From Yuukianura sp. NJ FZ-2021 (Eukaryota), in assembly GCA_046563655.1 (NCBI GenBank), contig CM102286.1, positions 2,170,001 through 2,234,000 on the forward strand: DNA of 64,000 bases, written 5' to 3'. Below are positions 51,501-64,000 of this stretch, in pieces; position 1 is the first letter of the stretch; the number at the start of each line of letters is the position of its first letter. Under the pieces are notes generated by a model, which saw nothing but the letters and a program-made list of their open reading frames with translations, made no database searches and was not told where the DNA came from. A program made the position numbers and the translations under genes.

Positions 51501-54500
51501 TTCTGGGGGAGATGAAAGAAAATCTAACTTTTCCCATCAAAACTACACTATTCAATTCCAAATTCTGGTTTCTAGGGCTAGCTGCTAGCTGCAGTAGGTT
51601 TAAGTACTGTTTGAAGTGTTGACGAAGTTCTGCCTAGCCCTACGATTCAATTGATGTTTTTGTAGAATGATAATTTTAAGTTCCCAGAACTTCAGTTTGA
51701 ATAGAACTTACTAACGACGGTAGAAGAGTTAAAGGTGTTATGATGTACAAAAGATTTCGTTGAATTTCAATAGAAATTATTTCATGCTAAAGTTAACTTT
51801 GTGGAACAGGTTAGGTTTAAGTATTTTTGATGGAGGAGGAGTCATGAAAATACTGGCAGTACTTGGGGTTAAAGTCCATTAACTCCGGTCCAATCAGCAT
51901 CCAGAATCTGTAGCATTTTATTGTTAGTGCTGCCGTAATGAAAAAGTTGAGTAATTTTCCTTCTGAAACGCTTCCACACAGTTTTACTACACAAATTTTT
52001 TACTGTCGAGAACATTAACCAGTAACTAACTAACTGAATTTCCATTTTTCTCTTTTGTTGCAAAAGAAATAAAACTCTAGATTTAATTTTTTGGATCTTC
52101 AAATTCCCAATGCGAACTTTGAAAAAAAAATTTTTTTTTTACTAATTTAACTAATACAGGTTTTGTCAAAAAAAGATACAAAAATTCGCAACAAAAATCC
52201 TAGAAAGAAAAAGGAGGAGGAAGGGAGAAAATTTGATGAAATTTTCACTCTTACAAAAAAGTTTTAGTTTTTTTTTTCAAAAAGCCACAACTGTACTTTG
52301 AGAAGGTTTTAATCAAAAAGGAGGATTTAATAAAAAATTTGGGCTAAAAATATTCAAGGTCAAGGTCGTTCATAGTTCAATGCACTTTGTAATCCATTCT
52401 GGACTTTGTTCAAACAATTCCATACTTTGTAAATTGAAAATTAGAAAGTAGAATATTTTGAATAGGCGGCATTAGCTTCATGATTTCAAAAATGAAAAAG
52501 TGAAGAGACGAGAGGGAAGTATGAAATTCGTGTTCGTGGATTACTAAACATGAAGTGACACGAGAGAGAAGCTTCTTCTTTGTTAAGGATCCAAAAGGAA
52601 GAAGTAATTTAGAAAATAATCCTTCATACAGATCCATTTTCAAAATGGTTTTTGTGACTCCAACAGGATGATCGTCGTGTGTGGCAACAACGTGCCCCTC
52701 ATTGTTCTTTCAAAAACGTGTATCATCTGGAGAACTCTGTTTCCAAAATTTTATTTTTTGAATTTTCCCTCGTCCTAAGCCTCGGTTGGTCGTCAGAGTC
52801 ATAGATTTTTCCAGCTTCCCTTTCAGCTCCACTCCAGCACTGTTTCCTGTAACGCTGATTTCCTTTTTCAAAAAAATATGGATAGGGAGAGGATGTGTCT
52901 GGTTGTGATAGTTTCCATTTCCATTTGGTTTGGCTACTATACTGCCAGTATCATACTGCCGAGTTTTGCTACTATACTGGCAGTACTATAATGCTGTCGA
53001 AAGCCCATCTCTCTTTTCTTCCGAATCTTTGACACTTCCCTAGGGTATGCGTCTCCCCCTCCGTACTTAATCCTAAACTGCTGCGGCTAGATACAAAACT
53101 AACTAACGTTTTTAGGTTTTTAGAAAAAATCGAGATTGAGTTGCGCAGGAGTTGAGATTTTGAAAAGCTTTCTGTTGAAACTGGAGAAAAGGATTTTGAA
53201 AATTTTGCCGTTGCAAACTGAAGGAGGAAATTTTGAAAAAGTAAGCCGTTGTTAGAATGAAGAAAGAGATGTTGAAAATGGTTTTGTTTTCAAACAGGAT
53301 CTAAAATTTTTTGAAAAGGAAACTGGTTAAGTTCGGCTTATTTCGAAAGTGGTTGAATTCATTCCCCAAAAACTGGTTTTTCGAACAAAAACTTTTTTTC
53401 AGATTTTTTCAACTGTGAACTAGAGTGGATTTTTGAGTCAAGAGGAAATATATTGCCTTAAGTCTCTCTTTCCTTTCATGTTGCCTCCAGTACTTGCAAA
53501 AGGTGCTGAACTTTGAAAAAATTTCGCCACGATTCGATTTTTTCAAAATTTCAAAAAATTCTAGACAGGATTTTCTAAAAGTGAAGTCGTAAAGTTACTG
53601 TTGCGCTGAACATTTTGTTAGATCCTTGGGAAGATCACTTTCGTTATTTTGAAGAACATTTTTATTAGTTACAGTTTTGATTAGAAGGATGAAGAAAAAG
53701 CAGGAGTTGTTGGAATTTTGAAAAGCAGCGCTTCACTTTCCAGTGTTCTTAGGAGTAAAAAAGAAAATGAGCGTGAGGCATGCGGGAATCGAACCCTCAG
53801 CCCTAACTTTTATCGTTTTCTTTGTTTCCATCGAGGCAGGGCCCTTAGAAGGGCCCACTCTCCCTTGGAATAAAGTTTTTATGATCTTCCTATATAAAAT
53901 ACCCTTGGCATTTGTTAACTTTTTGTCCAAGGCCTGTCAGGACTAGGGAGGGGCTCTTTTCGTTTTTTGGAACAGAGAACTTTCTGAATTGAATTATTGG
54001 ATAAGGGAGTGCAGGAAAAGCAGCACACAGCCATTCCTCCCTGCTGTCTTGATGAACATTTCTCTCCTAAAAGAATCCAATTTTGATCGCATGAAATTTT
54101 TTCGGGACGGGAGACAATTTTTCCGGGAGGGAACCTCTAGGAAAGCGTTTGGCAGAACAAAAAAACTAATGAGGGTAAATGTAAAATTTTGGAAGTTCCC
54201 GATGGGAAATAATTTTTTTTCGGTGGATACAGAAGTAGCGACGGCAGAAAATGGAGAAAGGGGGGACAAGCAGAGAAGCCTGGGAAATGGAAATCGGAAA
54301 CCCACTACCACATGCTCACGTAATTAAATGCCATTTGACAAAAATTTCCAAAAGTTTGTGGCCTTATTGGACCTAACACTGCAACATTATTGGTGAACAC
54401 ATAAGGCTTCAAGTGCGTATGCGCAAGGCTTCTTTCCTTTGTGTCAGTTGAGGAACATTTGGAAAAGTAGTGCCAAGGGATAACGTTAGGGAAAGTGTCG

Positions 54501-57500
54501 CGTTTTCCTCTACTTTTGCCGCTTCTTACTTAAAGTTTCCCACTGCTTTCACCAAGTCGAACAAATCAACAGTTTTTCTCATGCCCATCACTATTTTAAA
54601 AATTTTCAAATTTTAAAGGCTTCAAAGTGTTATGTTTTTCGGAATTGGAAATCTTATAAAGTGGGGAAAACAAAAAAAACGCATTTTGCTGAAATTTGAG
54701 TCAAATGAAGATTTGGCTGGAGAAAGTATGGAAGAGGGTTGATTTCCGCTTTCTTCTTTGTACTCCTGTACTTTTTGAGCGTCTTGAAATAAGGTTTTTG
54801 TGTACAAAGACTTTTGTTAAGGTTAGCTAAGGTTTCTATCCTGTTAGAACTCCATTCCAGTATTTGGGAAGAAGATTTATGAAATGGAAAGGAAGTTAGG
54901 CAGAGGGGAGATTCCCCCTTCATTTCACACTCTTGTTCTCTGCTTCTGCTGGCTAAGAGGGATGAGAACGGTAGGAAACCCGGGCATTTTCGGTTGTAGA
55001 GCTGGTTTTAGCAGAAGGAAGGCTAGGTTAGGAGGAGTTGGTTCCCCTTGGTTATTCGTTCCTTTTATTACTCTCAGAATAGTTATTAGGAAGTTTAGTC
55101 TCGGATGCTGCTGGCTATCTAACTGCTGGCAACAAGCTAAAAAGCAACATGGTTGCTCAATTGGAACTACTGGCGAGATGAGGTTCTTCACGCGCCGTGT
55201 TTTTGAATTCGGAGAACAACTTGGTGATTTTCCCGCAAAAAATTTCCAGTTCTGCCATTTCAGGCGATGCTGCGCAAACCATTTGATCATGTGACGTTAG
55301 AGCAAAGCTCGGCAGGAATTCTCAACTAAGAATTTAAGCATACTATAGTTTTGCATCGAGAAAAAATTTCTTGCAGGACTCATTTTGAGTAATGCCAAGT
55401 ATTGCCCAGAGGCAAAATTTTAGAGCAAATTTTGACTGAGCAGCAAAGTTTATCTGACAACCAGAATTTGGGGATGAAATTTTGACTAGCAACAGAATTG
55501 GGCAAAATTTTGCAAAAAATTTTGACTTAAGGAGCAAAATAGGCCTTTGTTTTTCATAAGTTTTGGTGATTTTTGGCAACAATGGGCAAACCGTGAAATG
55601 TACAGTGTTGCCAATGTAATTTTGCCTTTAATTTAAAACTCTGCGTTAAAAACCAACAAACCGGAACGAAATGATGGTACTTGCACTTCCATTCATTAGT
55701 AGCTTTAAAGTCCTTAGGTCCATGTCATTTGATTTTAGAGTAGCCTGAGCAACTGCAAATGATGGTAGTTAAGGACAGGAATTTAAGTAAGGGAGAGACA
55801 CAACTTACATAGACTATTTGAGAAAGGGGACTTTGAGCAAATAAAACATTTAAGAACTCAAAATCCGTTTTTGAGTTTTGGAAGGACCTAAAACGGGTTT
55901 TAGGACAACACACGAAAAGCATCCATTTGAAAATGAATACTGAGAATTAATCAGGATCTGTCGTCTAGTGAGCACAGGGAGGAAGGAAACGAAGAGGCAG
56001 ATGTGAAAATGCATTGGAAAATGATCCATTCATCCCAATGGACCAGGCAAAAAAAATGTTATGGAGAAAGCACCAAAACTCGTTTTTCTAATTAGTCAAT
56101 TTCACTCAAACAAGGACTAAATGAATTCTATTTAAAAAAAATAGCAAAAAACTTGTTTTGGAAAGTTGTTTTAAAACACAATTCAGGCATTAATTCTTTC
56201 CAATTTTTTTTAAAGTTTCAATTCAAACAATTTGACTCATTTCGGAAGAACTCTCCACAAAATGCATTTTGTTTTGTTTTCTTTTTGCTGGAGAAATTGT
56301 GTCCTAAAAATTTTTTGCCTTTGTTTTTGCTGTATGTTTTTCTATGTCTCACGATTTCGGATTTTTTGTTGAGTTTTGATTTTGAATTTTTCTTAACTCG
56401 GTTTCTGATCGTGTTCGAATGGCGGTTTTGGTTAAAAAAAATTGTTTCAGTAGTGTTTTTTTGTGTGTGTGTGTTTTTAATATCGATAGCGTGCGATTCG
56501 TAATTTTTTCTCCAATATAAAAAGCACCGGATACAAAAACCGTTCATACATGAAGAAATTTCAGTACATACAGAGTTCACCTGGTCATTATAAAGAAAAA
56601 TCACCCGTTTTTACCAATTTTTGGTTCCAAAATTTCGAAAATATTTCTTTTGTTTAAATTATCCTTGTCTAAAAATTTGAAGCAAACAGAGGAGCGAGTA
56701 GATTGAAAAAATTTACAATGTTCAAATTCTCCGTTTTTTCCCGCGTCTTCCCCTGGGAAAACCTCATAGTCGTTCTACCACATTTCTTTTCATTGGTATT
56801 TCACTCTGCTTCTGTTTAATTTTGTTGAAAGCATTTATTTGCATTGGATGGTTAGGTTAACTTAACGAAACAGGGCAATGGCGGTGGCGGCCGCAAACGT
56901 TAAGCTATTCTTAGGTCAGAAACTACCAGCAGTTATCTTATCGACCAAAAAGCAAAGGCAAACCACGCTGAACGCTGGTTTCAGCTCTACGCTGCTCAAA
57001 AGTTCATAATTTTCTGGATTCTGTGTCCACAGAGTCATAACAATGCTAAGTTGATAAGGACACTTTCAACCCTAAGTTATATACAAAGCACAAAGCACAT
57101 TGTCTCAAAATTTAGTTCAACCTAAAGATGACCTCCATGACCTCTGAACACATTTTTCAAAAAGGTTTTTTCAAAATGTCATAAAATTTGGACATGGTTG
57201 AGCAGAATTTTGAAATTTCCGAGGTCTAATGAGCAGCCAAGCTGAAACCGAAGCCGTTTTGCTTTTTGGAAAGGCTGTTACTGTAATTGGACTTTTAAGA
57301 GTCAAGGATGTTTTTTGAAGAGGGAAAATTTTGAAAAGTTGAAAAAAGAAACAGTTTTTGACCTGATTCATGATTCTTGTGACTTTGTAAGGCTTTCTCA
57401 AATTACACACCTTTTTCATAATTGAGCAAAGGAAAATGAAATATTGAACAAAAACGAAATGGTTTAGGCCTTTGGGGATGAGGATTTCAAAAAAGTAATT

Positions 57501-60081
57501 TCAAAATGGAATCCAATCAGGCAGTGAACAGGATGCGGTTGAGAGTCAGAAGCTCCGATTTCAAAAATGGCGGCCAACTTTGAAAACTTGGTAACGAGGA
57601 GATCTCGGTATGTTTGTTCCATGTGATAACTTTGTAGGCTTTTAGATTGTAAACTTTGTACAGACGGAAATTTGTGATTGCAAAAAGTGGTTTCCCACAT
57701 CTTCGATACTGTGTTTTATTGTGCAAGATTATTTTCAAAAAAAGGCTGTAGTGGAAGGGGGTGATGAACAATTTTCAAAAAACGACATTCTGCGCCTGCG
57801 TAAACTTTTTTTTTTTTTTCCATCGGCGCCGTTTAACAACTTTGTTCAAAATTTGGGAAATTTCTCGAAAATTCTTGAAAATTTTTGCAAGTTATAGACA
57901 AATAAAATGCACGTTATCCCAAACGTCACCGAGAGGTCATTGACCTTCACAAACTTTGAAAAAAATCTTATGGTGAAAGCAGATTCGTTTTTTGGAAACA
58001 TTGATTTTTTTAATTTTTTTTTTTTAAATTGAAGTTTCGTTTTTTTTTTTGGGCTCGGCTTTAGTCTATCCATGAATTTGAACCGAATTTGAGTGATAAT
58101 TTTGTCGAGAATGTTTAGGATTGTCCAGGAGGGGTCAGTGACCCCTGTTCCAGGACGTTGTTAAGCACAACTTAGAAGTTGGTTTCCTGTGTGGCCTTGT
58201 GTACTTTCCATACTTTGTTACTGTGAATCCACTTTATTAGGATCTTCCTGTGAAATAACTATGCTGTTGTTATGTTAAGGCTCATGCAACAACCATTCAT
58301 CTGAATCCACCAGATGCTTAACTTCCTTTGGCCTTCCAAGTACCACAATACTTCCAAGTACCAGGATTGTACAATTGTGTACACTCTGTACACAGCCACA
58401 AAGGAAGGATCTCAAACCTCAGAGGGATTTTCAAAATTTCAAAAAATAAAGGGAACTTGCATCTTTCAAGATTTTCAGAAAACCTTGAGATGCAGGTCAA
58501 CGTCTAATTCGAATAACTTAAGAAAAGCATAGCTCTGAAGGTCTTCAATTGTTCAATTCAAAATTCAAACTAAAAATTCAGTTCAGTCAAACAAAAAACT
58601 TCAAAATTCGTGAGAACTTCAAATCAAATTTCACTCCAAAAGATAACCAAATTCAGCTGCCAGAGTTAAGACAAAACTTGTTAAATTCAAAATTTCCAGG
58701 CTTTTTAAAAAAAACCTTGGAAGCTTGAAAGCATGATGAAAAACTCTCGAAAAACCAACGCAAGCGCAAACTTCGTAGCACAGTCTTGTGAAACTTCTTT
58801 TCTCGATCTGAACAAAAGAAAACGATTTTCGATTTTTTTGAAAACTGCCGCCATGCCCGTTGCTCCTTCTCAGTCTTATGGATGGATTTGAATTTTTAGC
58901 AGGAGAAAGCGATTTGTTTTAATTTTTTTGGCACGATATGATGGATCGATGGGTGAAGAAGATTCCAACTACATATTCGGCAGAACCAAAGAACCAAAAA
59001 AAGCATCTCTTCAGCTTCAGTAGAAAGATGTGCAGTGAATTAGTAATGATTTCGACAGTACTTTTGTTGTTCATATCTTAAATTTCTTTCCAAGACATAG
59101 CTAGAGTCTTTAATAACGTTGTGAAGCAGTGCTGAGAGTTAGCATATAACCTTAAGTTGTGAACATAAACCTTCTGATGCAGCGGGAAGATTCAAAATCG
59201 GAATGTATTCCTTTGTGACTCTCCTTTCGTCTTTCCTGTTCGTTGGTTGACTGATTCCGACATTTCGCTTGCAGCTACACTACACAGTTTTTGTGTTGTA
59301 GAGAGCAAAAAGGCTCCAGCAGAGCAACATATTACGATGTACTGTCCTGTTGAATTCAAAATCTGCAAGCATCATGTTCACAAACGAGAAAAAAAAATCA
59401 TGTGTATAATTTTGTTAGGTTGGACACAACTTGAAATCATGTTTAGAAATCACAATTTGAGTAGTTTTGTAAATAATTACATTTTGTAATTAATCGAAGT
59501 ACAGTATGAGCCAAAAGTCAAAAATCAGTCAATGGAGCCGAGAGCAGAGCTTTTTACGTAGTAGGATGTTTTTATAAAAAGTTTTTTGAATTGACGCGGG
59601 CGGGTTTTAGAGTACTAAAAGTAATGGATTAGAGCAGTGAAATTTGAAACCCCGTTGCATCTGTTCTAATGAACCTCTTTTGTTATGTTTTTCAGGCTGT
59701 TACTGCTGTTGCTGCCCAAGTACAAGTACAACATCCTCCTCAACGCGGAAAAATTCAAAGGTCACGGTCAAAGGTCACACCAATCAGATCCAACAGGCAG
59801 CTCCCGCTCCACCATTTCAAGGACTGAGTAACTATGGAAACTTGTTCAATGTGATTCAACAGCAACAGCATCAGTTGCTAGGGGCAGAGAATTGTGGCCC
59901 TATTCAGCCCCACGGCGGTTCTCCAATGGATTCCAGCGCCCCACCACTTTTGCACCACCAACAGCAACAGCAGCGGAAGTGGCTCGGCTCTGTTACCACG
60001 ACACTTCTGACTGAAGGCCTCACTAGTTTCGCTGGTGGACCACAACTGGCCAGCACCTTTGGAAAACGCTACCAAGTTTGA
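48543..60081 (+). CDS. corto: Corto-like (centrosomal and chromosomal factor) Gln/Ser-rich protein; exons 48543-49857 and 59696-60081 (566 aa), or 445 aa if unspliced
   Basis: DYYRPLTVDVSVEYELP..PP..PLLIIHP.AYFR resembles the conserved core of Drosophila Corto (DYHRPLHVDCSVEYELP..PLLMIHPCYFR, recalled). The rest is Q/S/T/P-rich. The donor CAG|GTAAGG and acceptor TTTTTCAG|G join in phase to a similarly Gln-rich ORF. Confidence 0.65.
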
Positions 60082-60603
60082 ATAACGTGGGAGCCATATG
60101 GACACACACAAATAGCGTATAAGCTATGCTAACTGGACGCACATGAGGGGAGAATCGTTCCAAAAGTTTTGAAATCTTATTTCGAAAATAGAAACTACTT
60201 TTTGAATGTGCGTTGTTCAAAATAGAACAGAAGCAGAGGAGGAAGAGGGGGAAACGGACTGTAAATAGACTTGAATAAATCGATGATATTTTTTAGGATT
60301 TTGTGACGTTCGTCGTCACAATTGGTTCCCTGCTGCCACACTACACGCTTCCAGCCTCCTTTCATTCATTTCCTAACTTATTCCAGCGCATACTGTCCCA
60401 TTGTGTTGCAAAAACAGTTTTCAAAATGCATTTTCAAAAAAAAGTTTTTGTTAAAAACAAGAATTTTTGTAAACGCTGAAAAATGAGTCCTCTTCGCAAT
60501 TCTTCTTAAATTATGATTCGAATTCACTGTTTTGTGCTTTGTGTAGTTTATAATTGTTAATTTAATATTAAGTCCATCAAAACTTGGTTAATGTTAATTG
60601 TAA

Positions 60604-60655
60604 TACCGTATTTTCTTGTATATAACTTGCCTGTTATATGTCAGAAAATACGGTA
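60604..60655. mobile_element. Minimal internally deleted MITE / hairpin with TACCGTA ends
   Basis: TACCGTATTTTCT ... AGAAAATACGGTA with an inner ATATAAC/GTTATAT stem. Confidence 0.6.
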
Positions 60656-63600
60656 ATTTAAAAAGTATTTGTAGTTTTTGGGGTAAAAATTGTAAAAGTG
60701 CCAGCCAATTTTTTGAAAATTCTTTGGAGGAGTAATACATATAAAAATAAGACTGAAATTTTGCTTAAGTAAGATTCGTGTTACACGAAAATAGAAAAAC
60801 AACATGGGTTTCCAGGATGTAACTTTAGGCTGTAATTACTTAACATGGGTTCCTCTGTTAACTTTTAGCTTATAATTCACTTTAATTGTTCACAATTTTG
60901 TTGTTCAGTTTACATGTAACAATCACTGCCTGAATTCTACTTTAAACAGGGCAAAAGACTTTTTTTAAAGCATTATGTTTACAAATATACGTAAAATGCT
61001 GACGGATTAATTTGTTTTGGTTCGGAAATTACTTTAGTTACTTCCAACTTCCAAGTTCCTGTAAAAGTTGTTGAACTTTTGATTGTAAAATGCATGTTTT
61101 GAGAACTCATGATTTTCTGTAATAGATTTTGAGAAGAGTTTCTGCAAATACTTGGAACTCAAATTTATGGTAACCGTTCCACCGTTTAATTTTTAGTTTT
61201 AACTTTCAATCATGTTAAAAGTATGGTCAAGTCTCAGTTAAAAATATACGCTTATTCCCTCGTGGTTGCTCATCTGAACTTGGAGCATAGTTGAACAACT
61301 CTTCAGATGAACCACTGTTTAAGTTAAGTGTGTAATTAATTATTTGTATTATAGTAAATATAGTTTTTGTATATAAAAAGAAAGTAATGTCGTGGGAATC
61401 GATCGCCAGTAGGTATCAAAATAGACAAATACCTGACGGAAACATCAGTTTCAAATTGTGATGAACTATGCAAATATAATATTAAAAGTAAAAAAAAACA
61501 ACCAAAATACATGAGTTATGCTATCATTCATTTCCATTTTTGAACTCTTTAGAGAAAGCAAAATCCATAAAAAGTGTTTCCGCGAAAGTTGAAAGTGGAT
61601 AAGGTGAAAGGTGAAAAAATAAAATATCTGCAGTATTCTCAAGGTTAATTTAATTATTTAAACTAATTTAATTATTTATAAATATAAATATAAATATAAA
61701 TAAAATTTAATTATTTATAATTAACTTTTCTTCCAAATAATTTTTATAAGCACTACAACGCTTTGATATGTTGCGCCATCTCAACTTTTTGAACTTGACT
61801 CTTCGTTATTGTATGGAGCAGTGGAGCTAAACACAATTCGTAGCGTGGGATGTCGCTTCCATCACGGCTCGTGCAGAGTACCGTAAATTCCCGCTTATTG
61901 TACACCCACTTTATGTGCGCCCTGAACCGCTAAAATTTTAAATATTTTGTGTCCTTTCATGATGAAATATTTTTTATTCACATTTGCTTAATTTTTGAGA
62001 TTTACTAAATTTTAATCATCAAAACATTATCCAAAATTACTTCGGTTTTTGAAGCTAAATTTGAAGCCAGCAATACAGCATACATTTTAACTGTTCAGCT
62101 CTTACACCATGAGCTGATACCTAATGTTGTGTTGTATGTGGGAGCAATAACTTACACATTTAATTAGTAATTTATCATCAGATGATGTTAGAAATTAAAA
62201 AAGTTTAGTTTTTGGTTGAAGTAAACTTGGGCTTCTCATCTTTTCTAATTGTATCCACCCGTTTTACCCAGCCGATGGGTACATTTGTAGGCACCAATAT
62301 CCAAAACAATACGGCATTTCAGCGGCAGCGAAGTAACCTCTGAATTTAATTGGGAAGGTTTCTTTACTGTTTGAATCAGTGAATGCACTTTCAGTTTCTC
62401 GTGCCGAAGCCGAGTTATCTAACACTCTCTAGGAATAATTAAATCAACCAATAAACACTGCCGGCATGCATTCCAAGGTTAGCTTTTGGTCGCTAGTTAA
62501 ACGTATTGATTTGAATTGCTGTGGGTACGAATGCACCCATTCAATTTTGAACCATTTGTTTTAACCCAGCTACATTATCTGGAGATTTATGGTAAATCCA
62601 AGCAAAACAGGTTATAGGCCTCTCCTTGTTCCCGTTTCTCACAAAAATAAACATCCTTCCTTGATAAAGACTCGATTGATTGAGTACTAGGTACAAACAA
62701 AGTGCGTATAAAGTAGTAAGTTGGCATTGGCAATAAATTTCCTTTGTTTAGTGTGTCCTCATTGTTCTTCTGCTCGGAGTGTCCAATATTAGCAACCATT
62801 GCAATCACCTAGTCGGTAGCTTTGATTCATTCCACCTCTAGTTCATCGTCCTAACATAATCCACAACTTTTAACAGCCAACTTCCATTATGTAACCTGCT
62901 GACTTAACTACGTAACATTTATTATGTATTGACGTACCATATGTACCAAATACCGTAAGTTTAACATATGCTGCTGGGCATATACAGTGCTGCTCTCTCA
63001 TTAAACCAGTCACCTAAAAGTAAGTCAAATGATAAATGTACCGTACAGTATTACCGTCACCGTATCAGACCATATTAAAGTAAAGTTCAAGTTTTTGTCC
63101 TTTCAGCAGAAGTCAAAGTGCACGACACGAGTTGGGGATTAGAACATCTTGGACCAGGGGTTGATAGATAACCGCGAATCATTCTGTTATTGGCTAACTG
63201 CAGAACGTCAGCATCTAACCTTAGGGATCATCAATCACGCAAGTCACGTATTTCATGTGAGTTTGTTTACCAATTGTCGCCCTCGCTCTGGTTTGGCGAG
63301 TATCAGACAAAAACAAAAGGCCAAAGGAGGTCAAATGAAAACTGCAGTAGGTTTAGCTTATATGGTATTCCTGTTTGTAACATTTTCTTGTTATTCCTGA
63401 CATGATAATAATAGTGTAAGTCGTCATGCTAGTACTTCATACCAAGTTAACGTCATACTTCATACCAAGTCGTGATATACTATATAAAGGCATAGACGAA
63501 ACGCGGAAGAGGTCATTCGAAATATTGACGCACGTACTCATTCTCGTAAACCTTGATTCTGTAGTTACTACAATGAACAAAAGCCCTCAGGTAGTGATGA

Positions 63601-63746
63601 AGTTTATCAACAAGTACACCGAGGGTATTGAACTCTTGAGGAGGAAAGTTACCAGTTACCTTGGGTATCGGGAAACGGCCATTAAATTTATAGTACCTAA
63701 CGAGTTCATACATGCCCAACGCAAGTAAAGGTTGTGCTATAAAACG

Positions 63747-64000
63747 CAGTCTTCGGGGGTTTTGGATCCGCTCCCGATCATTTTGGCATAACCCCCGTTC
63801 CGCTCCCGTTCTTCTCATGAGATCAGAAGATTCTGACCAGATTACCGATCTCGGTATTTAACATTAGGAGCGGGGATCGGGTGCATGAAATGATCGGAAA
63901 TCAGCCTGTACCGGTGTCGCCGCTCCCGATCCTTGCCAGCTGTGAGTGGGAACGGGAATGAACATACAGATCATTTAAATTAGGAACGGGATCGGGGATT
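63747..64000. repeat. GC-richer repeat with CGCTCCCGATC / GGGATCGGG subrepeats in both orientations; probable non-autonomous DNA element cut by the window end
   Basis: Repeated CCGCTCCCG(A/T)TC and GGAACGGG/GGGATCGGG motifs that contrast with the AT-rich flank. Confidence 0.5.

Noticed and set aside
53770..53855. tRNA-like B-box GGTTCGATTCC on the minus strand (53785-53795)
   Set aside because: Only an imperfect T-arm is present. No D-arm, anticodon arm or acceptor pairing could be built. At most a tRNA/SINE remnant.
40300..59600. Numerous 60-136 aa ORFs rich in F/K/L in the ORF track
   Set aside because: Their composition reflects poly-A/T tracts. Many start at TTG/GTG and lack splice-compatible partners.
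61590..63730. Exon-like fragments (acceptors near 61750 and 63106; ORFs 62587..62808 and 63426..63728) as a gene or as the GNPAT terminal exon
   Set aside because: In the phase required by GNPAT they give short peptides without a PTS1. The other frames are interrupted by stops and show no recognisable family.

Overview
Eukaryotic, intron-containing, AT-rich animal DNA with mostly 55-100 bp GT-AG introns. An arthropod (probably a hexapod) is inferred from an insect-type parkin N-terminus, the bantam miRNA variant and a corto-like gene. The first ~33 kb is gene-dense. In order, it holds the 3' end of an acidic protein gene, a small Shisa-like membrane protein, two tandem TIGAR-like histidine phosphatases and an F-box protein. 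Next comes an UNC-93-like MFS gene (minus strand) with two duplicated alternative first exons and a complete parkin gene nested antisense in one intron. Then follow mevalonate diphosphate decarboxylase, BolA1, a probable decayed FN3/tyrosine-kinase relic, a small Ser/Arg-rich protein, a small secreted Cys-rich protein, a WAP-domain precursor, ARV1 and GNPAT. From ~33 kb on the window is gene-poor. It carries a bantam microRNA hairpin surrounded by Scalloped/TEAD-type motifs, a corto-like gene with a 9.8 kb intron, TA-flanked MITEs and minisatellites. All gene models were spliced by hand. Family names come from motif recognition, not database searches.
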